Assembly (NCBI GenBank): GCA_028534125.1
Contig: CM052817.1
Coordinates: forward strand, 98,582,001-98,646,000
Direction: 5' to 3'
Source: Lama glama
Lineage: Eukaryota
Length of the DNA: 64,000 nucleotides
The notes below the pieces were generated by a model. It made no database searches. It was not told where the DNA came from and worked only from the letters and a program-made list of their open reading frames with translations. The translations under genes were made by a program, and so were the position numbers. Below, in pieces: positions 39,280 through 52,074 of the stretch; the first letter of the stretch is position 1, and each line of letters begins with the position of its first letter.

Positions 39280-39416
39280 GGCAGACGGTATAGCTCACTG
39301 GTAGAGAGCATGCCTAGCACACATGAGATCCTGGGTTCAATTCCCAATGCCTCCATTAAATAGATAAATAAGCCTAATTACCACCCCCCATTAAAAAAAA
39401 ACACACTAAAAAAAAA
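39280..39416 (+). mobile_element. tRNA-derived camelid-type SINE (Vic-1-like)
   Basis: GGTATAGCTCACTGGTAGAG...CCTGGGTTCAATTCCC...AATAAGCCTAATTACC plus A tail; TSD AAATAAGAACAGACT / AAATAAAACAGACT. Confidence 0.9.
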
Positions 39417-41964
39417 AAATAAAACAGACTAAGCCAAAAAGTAAGCACAAGGAATAATAAAGAGAATAAGCACCTGCTGCAGAACACTTCAGGAAGACAG
39501 CGTGGGGAGGCTTCCATCAGAGCCGGAAGCAAACCTGTACATGACGGAAAACAAATGTCAGGAGGGGAGTGGGGGAACTCCAACCCCTGTTTCAACAGCT
39601 GGGATTCAAGAGTTAGAATTAGGCAGTGAGAGCACCTCATCTTTATTTTCAGTAGACAGCCAGTATTATTCTTCAGTAGGAAGAATCAGTTATGGCCTCA
39701 GAAACTTTGTGAAGATCTTGTCTTACATTCACTGTACTAGGCAATCTCTGAGCACCTCTGGTTGGCAACTGTTCCCATAAGTGGGCTTAGCACTTCCCAG
39801 CCATCTGTATTTGTGTGGATTACCATAAGGGCCCATTTCCTTGCCTCCTTAGGGAATGTCAAGGGTATTTTTTTCTCCAGCAAATAGTTCATGAATCCTG
39901 AATCACAATCACCAGAGGCATCTTAATTTTCTTATCTCCTGCCAACATCTGTATTAACGTATTGGCTAAAAAAAAAAAATAAAGAAAAAAAAAAGTATAG
40001 CCTTGTTTTCACACACGATCATTTAGTACCATTTTGAAAGGCCCAGTTGCAGTCTCCCCTTGGAAGGCCAAAGGTGCAGTCTTCTGGAGAGAGAGAGGAA
40101 AAAGAAAAGAAGGGCAACGGGGGACCAGAAGCATGCCAGAGGGGGAGAAAAAAGGAAGTCATTTATTTCACTCATTTTCCTGGCAGGATTAATTTATGAT
40201 TCTTGGAAACTTTTGGCAGGAAAGTGGGAGGAAGGATTTCAAGAATTCATAGAACCATTAAAAAAAAAAAAAAGATGTAGCAGCAGGGAGAGGGGGATGG
40301 ACAGCGCATCTAGTCCAGTTCCTCCATGTCACAGATCTGGAAAATGAAAAAAAAGAGGAGAAACAGAATAATCTCTACTGCTCTCCCAGTATTTGCCAAT
40401 TATGTTCTATTTGTTAGACCAGCCTCTACCTTGTGACATAGTTATTAGCATATCGATCTCCCTCTTCCGCTGGTGCATAAATTCCTTGAAATGCAAAATC
40501 AGCACTTAATGCAGATCTAAAACTGGAAACGACTCAAACCCATAGTGGTTTGGTGAAACAAACGTTATATATATATATATAAAATAACAAATAATAGAGT
40601 AGTACTCCATAGCTGTTCTTAAAAGGATGAGCAATATCTCAACGAACTGATGAGGGAAAATCTTCCTGGGAAAAGGCAAATTTTGGGAGATACTGCATAG
40701 TATGATCCAATTTCTTTAAAATGGGCCCAAGTGCGTACGTGTGCACGAGGACACGCATGCGCACACACGGCACTCAAAGTCCCTGCCTCCGCCCCTGACC
40801 TCTTGTCACGCCCACTTCACACGCCCTGCTCTAGCACCGCACCGAGTCTCCAGCTTTTTCAACGTGTCTCGTAAGAACACGTACCTTGAGCCCTGGTCTC
40901 CACTCAATGCCTAGCTAATTTCTAACCTCAATCCTATGTTAGTGCAGAAATCTGGAAGAGTCTACACCAGACTCTTAACATATTCCAGGGGCCAAGGTGA
41001 CAGGGTATTTTTCTCTTTCTGTATCATATTTTTCTGTATGGTTTGAATTTCTAATAATGATAATAATTTTTTATTATTTTGTAATCAAGAAAAAACAACT
41101 GGAAATATAAAGAACAAAACCAAAATAAATTTTTTAAACATTTAATGCATATCTAATCAAAGTGCTTTGTGTGGAAAGAAGTTAGATATCTCTTTCCATC
41201 TGAGAAAGTCAGAGACAAAAATAAGGAAGGGGTAACCTTTGAATTGAACCTTAAAGAGTGAGGAAAATTTGAATCTATGAAGACAGAAAAGTTCTGTACA
41301 TGAGGGGAGGAGGGTCTTGGAATAAGGCCAACTTATAAATGGTATTTATGAAGAAAAGAAGGCTTTACAGTTTGGTTAGAGTGCAGGGTGTCTGATAAAG
41401 TGCCCTCAGAATACCTTTCCTTTAAGCACAAATTTTTCTATTGCATAGCTCTTACGTACAAAACTTCAGCCAGCACCTCAGAGAAAGCACAATTTGACTA
41501 GTGTTCTGTAGACTATGTTATGCCTCTTGTACTTTTCAAGGTTGACATAGAGAAGGGAAGGGAGGGAGTAAAAATGGCCAGCACCTTCTGGCAATGTTGC
41601 CTAGTGGCCCGACAGCCAAAGAATCATTGCAGCCTCCTAGAGGAAACACTGAGCAAAGAATAATAAACTCATCAATGAGAAGATGCAGAAAGATCTCAGC
41701 TGGCCTTAATCTATATCTGAAAATGATTCTATTATTAAGCCTATACACACAGCAGGATATGAATTTAATTCTTATATTGCTATGTAAGTCTTTGGTTATC
41801 TTACGAATACAAAGATTTTTATAAAATATTTTTAAACATCTACCATGCTTTAAAACCATGTATGCTGCTTCACTGCATGTGTGTACCTTCTATTATTTCA
41901 AAGAAAATGAAGAAAGAAGAAAAAATTTCTAATCACTTGAAACATTCCATCCAGGAAATGTCAT

Positions 41965-42720
41965 CATCTCTTCACTCAATGAATATTTATTGCAGGCTTC
42001 CTTTCTGCCAGGGACGTTTTCTAGGCACTAGAAATGCAGCAGTGAACAAAACAGACAAAAGTTCCTGCCCCCGTAGGGTTTACATTCTAGTGTAGGGAGA
42101 CAAGCAATAAACAAAATTAGTAAGTAAGATATGTAGTTAATAGAAGGCGGTAAGTGCTATGAAGGAAAAGGAAACAGGAAACAGGGAGGAAGGCTAGGGA
42201 CAGGCAGAGCGGAAATGGAGGGGATAGTGATTCCAAAGAGGATGATCGGGGAAGCCCTATCAAGAAAACAACATTAGAATAAAAAAAGATTTGGGAGCAC
42301 TAAGCAAATCAGTCATGTGATTATCTCAGGGAAGAACAGTCAGGACAGAGGGACAGCAACTGTAAAAGTCCTGGGTGGGAACTGAGGAAGGGCAGGGAGG
42401 TCACTGTGGCGGCTGCTGGGGATCTGAGGCCGCCAGAGGGATGCTCCTGGTACAGTGCAGGACGTTGCAAAGATAGAGGAACAGGTAGTTTAGCCAGGTG
42501 GGCTTGGGGGTGGGGGGACCAAGGTATAATGATATGGAGTGAGTCCTGCTGTAAAAGAATAGCCAAAGAGAGGAACTGGCCTCATGAAGGAAGAAAGAGG
42601 GTATCATATGAAGGGAAACTCCAGCCGTCCCCTGGGAGGAGCCACAGTAACCAGGGAGCAAGTAGACAGCCGTGGAAGGAGGTAGCCCAGCACTGCGAAG
42701 GCTGGAGGCTTTGACTTCCA
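41965..42720 (-). mobile_element. L2 3' end
   Basis: TCACTCAATGAATATTTATTG...CTAGGCACTAGAAATGCAGCAGTGAACAAAACAGACAAAA. Confidence 0.85.
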
Positions 42721-43849
42721 TTCCTGGAGAGGCCCTCCCGCCCTGCCCTGCCACACTGGTTTCTCCCTATTGCCTGTGAGCTCTGCGGAAATGACACAAA
42801 CAAAACAGGGTGTTGTGAGAGTGGTAGCGTTAACAGGCAGTCTGCATGCTTCATCTCTGGCATGGCTGGTTCTGTTTTCTCTGCTAGTTTAATATTTCCC
42901 TGAAATTTTGCAAAGGGACAGAAAGACAATTTAGTTTGGAAGTCTGTTAGTTTCATATAGCAGATATTCCCAGAAATGCCGAGGGGAGAGGGGTATTCCA
43001 ATAAAAAGCAGCATGCCTAATCTAAGAACCTAAGGGACCCTGGAGGAGAACTGTACTAGACCCAAGTAAAATATGTTCAGACACTCCAAACAAAACCTTG
43101 ATTTAACAAATGCCTTTACAAGCAGTTGCTTTACTGAATGCTATCCCTCTAGTTTGCTCTGATAAACAATAGATCATAAATTTAAACTTCATATCTTAAT
43201 CCCACTATAAGCTTTTAACTCATTAAATATTTTTAAGATAGAGAACAAAGACCAAATTATTAAATTCCATTAACAAGTGCTAAAGATAAGCTGTTAAGGC
43301 CCATTAACATATATATGCTTGAATGCTCCTTCATTTCAAAAAGTTGGAAAGCAAAAAATGAAAAATTTTGCCTTACTAAAAATAGCCATGCCAAATTGCA
43401 AATAGGTATGGGGAAGTTGTCACTTAATAATAGCCAGGCAAACGCTTTCAAAATACCTGAAACCAATATAACAATAATTATTATTCATTTGAAAGCCCTG
43501 AGCTTAGCACGACTTCTATATTTGTGTGAGCTTTAGGTGATCACATTTGATTCTGTCTCATTTTGCAGTAAAGCAATGTCATATAAAATGATGTTATCAA
43601 CCTCAGAAAAATAGATAACTGTTGTAACAGGATATCTTAATCCTGCTAAATTAGTGGTTTGTCACTAATTTGCCACAGCACTAATTTTATCAAAGTACAA
43701 ACACCTTGTATTGCAATCCACCTGCATTTACTGGGATTAAAACCTAGGCCTTTTCTTCAACAACACTGCCACCTTCTGTCTAGTGTGGATTTGCTGGTAT
43801 TTCTATGCCGTCAAGAGCAGGAAATGTACTTTAGATTCGTATATTCTTA

Positions 43850-43990
43850 AAGTTGGAAGAGGCCATAAAGAAGGCCTAAACAGTCCCTCACATTATTTGG
43901 ATGAGGGAACTGAGACCCAAAGGTTTTAAGTCACATGCTCAATGTCCTACAGCCATTTCGCCCAAATTAGAACTGATTCTCTTGCCATCG
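43850..43990 (-). mobile_element. MIR fragment
   Basis: GATGAGGGAACTGAGACCCA core. Confidence 0.7.
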
Positions 43991-44529
43991 GCTTGTCTAT
44001 TAAATCAAATGGAGTGGAGACATTTTATCAAGAGCTTAATAATAATTTTCTCCAAGAAAGGAATTTACTTATTTATGTTACACAAATTTTGTACCCTAAG
44101 AAACATTATGCTTTCAAATTTAAAAGATTTCTATTTGTTCAATGTGTAGCCTTAAAATTAATCTAGGCCAGAAAAGCAGGTGATAACTAACAATTTTTCT
44201 TTTACTTTCCTCCATTCTCATCTTCCCAGTTATGAAAATTTTTGTCAAACAAGGCACAATACCAATGCTAATGGGAAAGTTCTAGAAACACAATGGATAA
44301 GAAATGTATCATATATACTTAGGAGTAATTAAACCAGAATTGTGTTGCTAAACTTCATAAGTTTATTAAACTATAGGTATATTTTAGAGTACGCCATTTA
44401 AAACTTAACAAAATCTCTTTTGGCAGATTTTTTAAGTTTTTCACCAACTTAAATGTCTCATTTAACTAAGTTGGGTGTAAACAGAGTTAGCATTTCTGCT
44501 ATCAACTCCACTTAGTCATTCTAACATAT

Positions 44530-45495
44530 TACATATTTGTTAATATGTTAAGGACTTTAGTGTCTATGTTCATGAAGAATATGGATTTGTAGTTTCTTTT
44601 TCTTATAATATGTTAGAGTAATGTTGGCCTCATGAAATGAGTGTAACCTTCTCCTCTATTTTCTGGATGAGGTTTTTGTAAGGTTAGGAATAATGCCTTC
44701 TTGTATGTTTTATGGAATTCACCAATAAATCTGTCTGGGCCTAAAGTTTCCTTTGAAGCAAAGTTTCTATTTATGAATTCAAGTTAATAAATATAGGTAT
44801 ATTCTGATTTTTTATTTTTTTTGGTTCATTTTGGTAATTGGTGTCTTTTAAGGATTTATACATTTCATCACATTTATTGGCATAAAGTTATTCATAAACA
44901 TCCTCTATTATCTTCTCAAAGTCTGTAGGCTCTGAAGTGCTATCCTGTCTTCCAATGTTAATATTGGTGATTTATTTCACTTTTTCATGATTAGTCTGGT
45001 CAGAGGTTTATCAATTGTATTAGTCTTTTCAAAGGACTAGGCTATGATTTTTACGGATTTTTATCTAATATTTGCCTGATTTTTATCTCATTGATTTCTT
45101 CCCTTTATTATTGTCTCCCTTCTATTGACTTTGGGTTGTTCTTTTCCTAGCTTCTAATGGCAGAAGCAGAGATCACTGGATTTAAACCACTCTTCTAATA
45201 TAAGCACTGAAACATGTAAATATATCTTATGCCCTGTTTCAGCTGCGTTTTCGCAAATTTTGATATATTGTATGTTCATGAACATTCAGTTCTATTTTGC
45301 AATTTCCCTTGTTTTTCTTCTTGGACCAATGTGTCTTTGAGAGTATACTGTTTTCTTTAAAAGTAGTTGAGAATTGTTCTATAGTCTAGCATGTGGTCTA
45401 TTTTAGAGAATGTCCTGTGTGCACTTAAAAAGAATGCATATTTTCCTATTGTTTAGATGTGTATTCTATTAATGATACTTAGCTCAAGTTGCTTT
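44530..45495 (-). mobile_element. Degraded L1 ORF2 fragment
   Basis: GTGTCTATGTTCATGAAG...TTGTAGTTT; GAATTCACCAATAAATC; GTGCACTTAAAAAGAATG. Confidence 0.8.
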
Positions 45496-46427
45496 TTTTT
45501 ATATCTACCAACCCAATATTCAAGGAATACATTTACTTTTTAAATTTTGCTTCAATAATGTTTAGATCGTTGGACTCACCCTGAAATGTTACCAAATCAG
45601 AGCTGAAAATCATTGCCTAAGGCAATTAGTTTGAAAGCTAGAGACCATATGATTGCCTGTCCCTCATTGTTCTGAAATCTTATGATTAAGCACAACACTA
45701 GAAAATGTAGAACTCCTTTTGAATGGTCATTGGAAATTTGTTCTAAAATACAAAGTTAGTAAAAAGTAAAAAGTAAAACTAAGAATTATTCATACTTTTA
45801 TTAAGTAGAATAAAATTGAACTGTACATTGGTTAATGCATTTAGCCTACGGGTTTAATTCTAATTAACCTGTTACATGAAGAAGAGCCTTTGCTCCAAAA
45901 CCAGTAGATCATGATGATACTTTGCTTCATTTTCCTAAAGCTAGTTGATCTTTAACTTCCTTATTTATGCTGTGATTTCTTGCATAGTACACTCTATAGA
46001 ATCTAGTCTGTAAATGAGGATTAGAAATTAGTGAGCTACTCTGAGATAGTATAGAAACTGAGCTAGGTATCCCACTGGAAAGATACCTGCATTTCTTATC
46101 ACAGCTTTACTTGACTACCCTCCCCATTCTACGAATCAGCAATCATGGCAGGAAGGCCTGGAAATGGTTACAAATATTCATGCTCCTTTCCTTGTAGGCC
46201 ATGTCAAGACTTTATAGAGTTCTTTAACAGTCCAGAAGTCTACAACTAAGTCTTACTTTTCCATCTCATCCTTCCTTACCAGTCCACACTGACTGCACCT
46301 GCTGGAACACTGAAACTATCATTAAATATTCAAGAAAATCATCATTAATTGAGAAATATTGAGGGGAAGAATATCAGAGAGAAGTCAAAGTAAAGCAGCA
46401 GCATGTCATCAAAAGATTACAAACTTT

Positions 46428-46582
46428 CAGGGGAGAGGGTGTAGCTCAGTGGTTAGATCACATGCTCAGCATGCAGGAGGTCCTGGATTCAATCCCTAGT
46501 ACCTCGATTGAAATAAGTAACTAAGTAAATAAGCCTAATTACCTCTACCCCAAAAAATGAAAATAAAAAATTTTCTAAAAAG
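46428..46582 (+). mobile_element. tRNA-derived camelid-type SINE (Vic-1-like), apparently inside a MIR
   Basis: GGGGAGAGGGTGTAGCTCAGTGG...GGATTCAATCCC...AAATAAGCCTAATTACC; TSD AAAGATTAC(A/G)AACTTT at 46412-46427 and 46583-46598. Confidence 0.9.
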
Positions 46583-48384
46583 AAAGATTACGAACTTTGG
46601 ACATGAACGAAAGAATCATACCTGGTTTTGAATTCTAGGTGTTTCATTTAGGAATTGTGTCATGTTAGACAGTATTTAGGCCAATCTGCTCTTTGTAAAA
46701 TGAGCATTATAAAAGGTTCACAGACGCATTAGCACATTACATGGTATGTAGTAGGTGATTAATAGTGATTCCCTTCTAGTCACCCTCTAGCCCACCAGTC
46801 CAATCTCCCAACTGGGGGTAATTTGTTGGTGTTTAAGGACATGTCCATCATATAGTTCATCTTCCAGGTTATGGAAGTGAATATCAGGAAGATTAGCCAT
46901 ATTTCCAAACAGACTTAGGAAATGCATTATGATCTAAATCTAAAGGCACTCAATTTTCTCTTGTAGAATTATCTGAATTCTACAATGCACCCTCCTAAGT
47001 CCTGTATTTTCCATTGTTCTCTCAAGAGCCAATCAGATTGCTCACTCTGCATTGCAGACTTACTGTAGTGTCACAGGTGACAGTAGTCAGTAAAAATTAA
47101 TTAAGGTTAATTAAGTGTGCTTCATAATAGTAAGAACTGGAAAGGATTTATTCCTAGAACTTTAATCACATTATAATCAAAGTATTTGCAAACTAATGAG
47201 CCATCACTGAATTGAGGTGTAAGAATATTCCAGGTATTCTTCCTGTGCGGTCACTTCTACTTGCATGACTTTATTTCTAAGGGATAGTTCATCATTGCTT
47301 AATAGATAAAGCATAATAAATAATACCATAATAATAAATAATGCATAACACACTGATAAATAATGAACACGTTTTGACAATTAATTGCAGGTCAACGGAA
47401 ATTGTGATTGGCTCTTACCACCAACTTAAAGGGAAAAAAATACACAGGAAAGATCCATAAGGTAAGATGCAGCAGATTTTTGTCATCCATTATTTCTTAG
47501 CTGAGATAGGGAGAAACTTGTCTCTAAAACTCCAAGATTTCTCAGTACAGAAATAATTGCTTTTTGTTGGGAATTAATATGTACTAATTAAGAGAAATAG
47601 TTTGGGCTAATTAAGAATTATGTAAAATGACACAGAAATTCATTAACTTTCAAACTATTAGAATATGGTAAAATACACTTAATACTGAAATTCTACTGAA
47701 CATAATGTAATGAACATACTAATTTTTCTCTCTGGATGTTGAAGATGGTCAGCATCTTGTGCCTCTAGGTCATTACTATGAAAGCAGTGATCATTAGATT
47801 ACATGGTCAGAAGGAATTGGAGGTTCCATAGTAACTCAATTTGTTAACCATGGTGCCTGCCATGCTACCCACCCCTTCAAGTGGAAACCTCCCATGCCCA
47901 CAGCTTCTGCATGGTGACAACTCAGGGCAGCTGTGTTTCAAAGTTAGGGCAGCACCTGCTGATGGGACCAAAGCAATCATTTGACCCATAAGCCAATCCA
48001 CAGTCTAGCTAGCAATGTATAAAGTGCTTGGACATCAAAAAAATCAACGTCTATCTTAGGAAATTTAAACTTGTTTATATATATATTGCAGCTGTCAGAG
48101 AAAGCCAGTGAAGGCTCATGGGAAAATATAGGATAGAAGAAGCTGTGACAGCCAAATTTACGAGTAAACAGAAATTATGAGTAAGCAGAGGCAGAAGGTA
48201 AAGAAAAGATATATAGAGAGTGGAAGGTGAAGAATGTAGTCAATAGAATGTGGCGAATGGAGCAGACATATGAAAAGTAACTGAATCACATTAATAGGAG
48301 AGCCCTTGACTCAAAATCAATAGACTCCTGCTGTTCAAATCTCTGGAGCTGCCTGGCATTCTGAGCTGACATCTAGTTCTGGTT

Positions 48385-48391
<7 letters not shown>

Positions 48392-48416
<25 letters not shown>

Positions 48417-48500
48417 GGATAGTGGAAGTACTTGGGGCTGAACCCAGGACCTTGTGCATACCAAGCATGTGCCCTAGCACTGAGCTATATCCTCCCACCC
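48392..48500 (-). mobile_element. tRNA-derived camelid-type SINE, short form
   Basis: Reverse of GGGTGGGAGGATATAGCTCAGTG...GGGTTCAGCCCC followed soon by poly(A); imperfect TSD (11/13) at 48379-48391 and 48501-48513. Confidence 0.85.
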
Positions 48501-50007
48501 CTGGCTTTCTCTTGATTCTTATATCTTGTTTTGTTCTCCCCCACCCCAAATTACTTGACATAAATTGAACTTTACATCTTTTCAATCAAATCAGTATATG
48601 AGAATAAGAAGATTAAACTGTGTATTGCTTCCATGGCATTCTTAATTGTCTTGAATAAGCCTCCATTAGAAACTTATTTGCCATTGGTCTTTTCCTTATA
48701 AAAGGTTGGTACAGTGATAGCCATAAATTTTATTTTAATTACTCATTTTTGGATTTCATTTTAAGTAGCATATAGACTCTTCGTGTGTAACTCTCAGGTG
48801 AAGGGCAGGTTGAATCCAGAAATACAGAATTTAGATTGAGAATCAAGGCTAAACTCTCCGTGTAGACCAAAGCCAGCTCCACCAAGGGAGGAATCCCAGG
48901 TACTATTATTATAACTATTTTGAAAAATTCAGGTACCATTGGTCTTTGATCTCCAGAAAACAATTATATTTGCATTGAATTTTAGACAGTTTTATGTTAA
49001 GTTCACAAATCCCTAACTCCAGCATACAAAATAAAAACAGATAAATCTAATGAAACGGTATACAAGCACAATATCTAGATGACCAAATCTGAGAAATAAA
49101 TAAGGCAAACTATAATAGAAATGCCAAGAGAGGAGAGCGGAGGAGAGGAAAGAAAGAGAAGTGGGAGAGGAAATTCTAGGGAGTAGAATAATGATCCAAA
49201 ATCTATACACAAATCCACTTTAGACTCCACAAGGAAAAGTGGGTACAGTAGTTGGAAAGGCAGGCTGACAGATGGAGAAGACTAAGGCTTCATTCATCCT
49301 TTACCGTCTCAGACTTCTTCACGAATCAGGCAGTGAAAGTTTGTGTTGTTTAGCCCAGTGTTATAACAGATTTGGCCCTAAAGAGAAGTTAAAAGGACAT
49401 TTATGGTTGATGCTGGAATCAGAAATATTTTATTCAGGGAACCCTGATCACGTTTGTGTTAAATTACATTAACGCACCTATGTGTTTGCTCATGGTAGGT
49501 CTGAGAACCCTTGACCCATATTGTGCTCTCTTCTAATTTTCACTACATCTGGAGGTTCCCATGTGACTTCGGTTTTCTCAGATGATCCTACTTCCCCAAG
49601 ACAGGTGATGTTTTGTACTGTATGTAAATAATAAGTAAAATCACCTGAAGGTTATAGGTAGCTAGTTGTGACTAACTCAGATCTGGCCCTAGCGTGTCTT
49701 CACCACACTCCCTTCACATTGGAGTTCAAGGTCACTCTGTAGGGGGATGTCACGGACAGGCTTGCCCATCCCACCTCCATATCCGAATGTAGTGCTCATA
49801 TAAAAATGTTATCAATGGATGTTAGACACAATGGTACAGGACTGACATTTACAGAACATAACCGTCACCCACTTTATGGTTATTATGGGGAAAGGAATTT
49901 CATAGCCTAGTCAGGGAGCCAACATTTTAACTTTTGGAAGGTACCAATTAGGGGATGCATGCATATGTGCATTTTTGTGTAACAGATAAGAAGGACTTCA
50001 AAGCAAC

Positions 50008-50010
<3 letters not shown>

Positions 50011-50040
<30 letters not shown>
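50011..50040. repeat. (AT)15 microsatellite
   Basis: Read directly from the sequence. Confidence 0.95.
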
Positions 50041-50043
<3 letters not shown>

Positions 50044-51589
50044 ACAGAGAGCAGGTCAGAGTACATGCAGAGCTTTAAAAAAAATTAAGGGGGAAAGAAG
50101 TGAATGTTTTTAGCTTTTCTTCATGCAGAAACATTGCATTAACACATTTGTTTTGAGAAGTCAAAGATTTTACCCCAGTTAGAGAAACAGTTTTTTACAC
50201 ATTGCCTAAAGTGGAGCCCTAAAACAAAAGTGCCAAGTGTTCGCATCATTTTAAATGTTTAAAGTTTTTGGAATCTATTATAAAGTTTAAATGACAGGGT
50301 AAATAAATTTTGTAATGGCAAGAGCAAGAAAACCTGAATTCACATTTTGGGAGTCTATTAAATTAAAGTGATTTTTAGCACACTCTGCATTCTCCTTGCT
50401 TGAAAGAGAAATAATAATTCAGAGACCAGCCCTTTTTTATTCCTCGGAGAGGCATAAAGAACAATGACTGAAATGACTTTGAGAGGAGAAAAAGAACTGA
50501 CAGCCAGCAGGGAGAATGGCTACTGCTGTAAAGAACGGACCGAGAAGGAAAAAAATGTATCGTGGGGGAAAGGAAGTAAAAGTGTAGTGGAAAATGGAGA
50601 GACAAGAACAGAAAACTGGATGGGTCGGGGAAATCAGAAATACAGCAAAAGTTTTGCATTCAAAACATAAAATACAGTGGGCACAATATTGGCCAGAAAT
50701 AAACTCTCTAAAAAAAAAGAAAGGTTACTTCCAGTGCCCATAAAATTTGTTCATATAATGAAATTTTATTGTATTAGTCTACTCATTATTTCCAGATCTA
50801 GTATCATAATTAAATAAATTGTCAGATTTGTAATATTTGTCACTTATCCTTAATATTTCAAGCTCCAATTTGCATTTCATTAAGGAAAAGTAATTAAATG
50901 GGAACAAAGTCTGGACTTCTTTAAGAAAACAGATTTGTTTCCTTTTTATGGCATTGGAAGAATTCTTTCATGACCAAATCAACCCCTGTGTGTTTCCTTT
51001 CTAAACTTTTCTATAGAATATTACAGCCAATGCCCAACTAAAAATTTGGAAGTTAATTAGCTGCCCACATCTGAAACACATTTCTCCTTTTTTTCATGAA
51101 GTAACAAACTGAGGACACAAATATCAGGCACAAGTTTTGTAAAATACAATCTTAAGCCCTATTTTATGTATTACAAGGAATCCCAAAACTCAACCCAACA
51201 ATGCAGTTAACCTTTTATTAATTATAAGGGAAGTGCATCCCCATTGGAGTGGTTTCTTTCTTTCATCAAAAACTTACAATGCAGGCACATATTTGCAGCA
51301 TTAAATGTCAGCATATTGCATAAATACAGAGCAGCATTATTCACTTTGGGGCCCATATAAACGGCGCCACCTGAGGCTGTGCGGTGTATAGGCTTTTTGA
51401 CAGCATATGAAAACCTTAGGAGTATCACTATTTCCCATAGTCAGTTTTTCTAAAGGCCTATATCATTGCACCTTAATTTCCAAAAGTAACAGCAATAAAA
51501 TTTATTACTTATTATCAAAACTGAGTCTCAGTCTTTGTCATCCATGTCCCAGTAAGATACTGCAAAAAGGACACCAGCTTTCCTTCAGA

Positions 51590-51780
51590 CACATTTAGTT
51601 TAAATCTCAAGTCTGCCACTCACTACTCATGAGATTTTGTACAAGTTTTCTAGCCCCTAGGTCTTACTCATGCCTAATAGGATTCGCCATCTCTCCCAGG
51701 ATTGTTAGAGGCAATAAATATAAAAACATGGATAAACTTCCTAATACCAGATATATACCAAAAAAATGTTAGTTGTTATC
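51590..51780 (+). mobile_element. MIR remnant
   Basis: TCTGCCACTCACTA...CAGGATTGTTAGAGG...AATGTTAGTTGTTA. Confidence 0.6.
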
Positions 51781-52074
51781 CTGCCACCAACATACTCAAA
51801 CTTATATATTTGGATCATAAAAAATTCCAAAAACTAAGGGCTTCAGGATTTATGTAGGGGCTTAGAATTTTAAATTATGCCCCTGATTGGATAATTGTTA
51901 TGAATAATATGCATGGCATTACATATTTTTATATTTGTATGTTACACTTATAGATTGGTACATTTTTCATTGCACATATGCAAATAATTCTCTATAACAT
52001 AAATTTAGGTTAAGGGACATTAATATATATAATAGTAGCTATTAAAACATTATGTTCAATCACGAAAAATACAA

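Noticed and set aside
44522..44550. 10-bp AT-rich inverted repeat
   Set aside because: Short and low-complexity; expected by chance.
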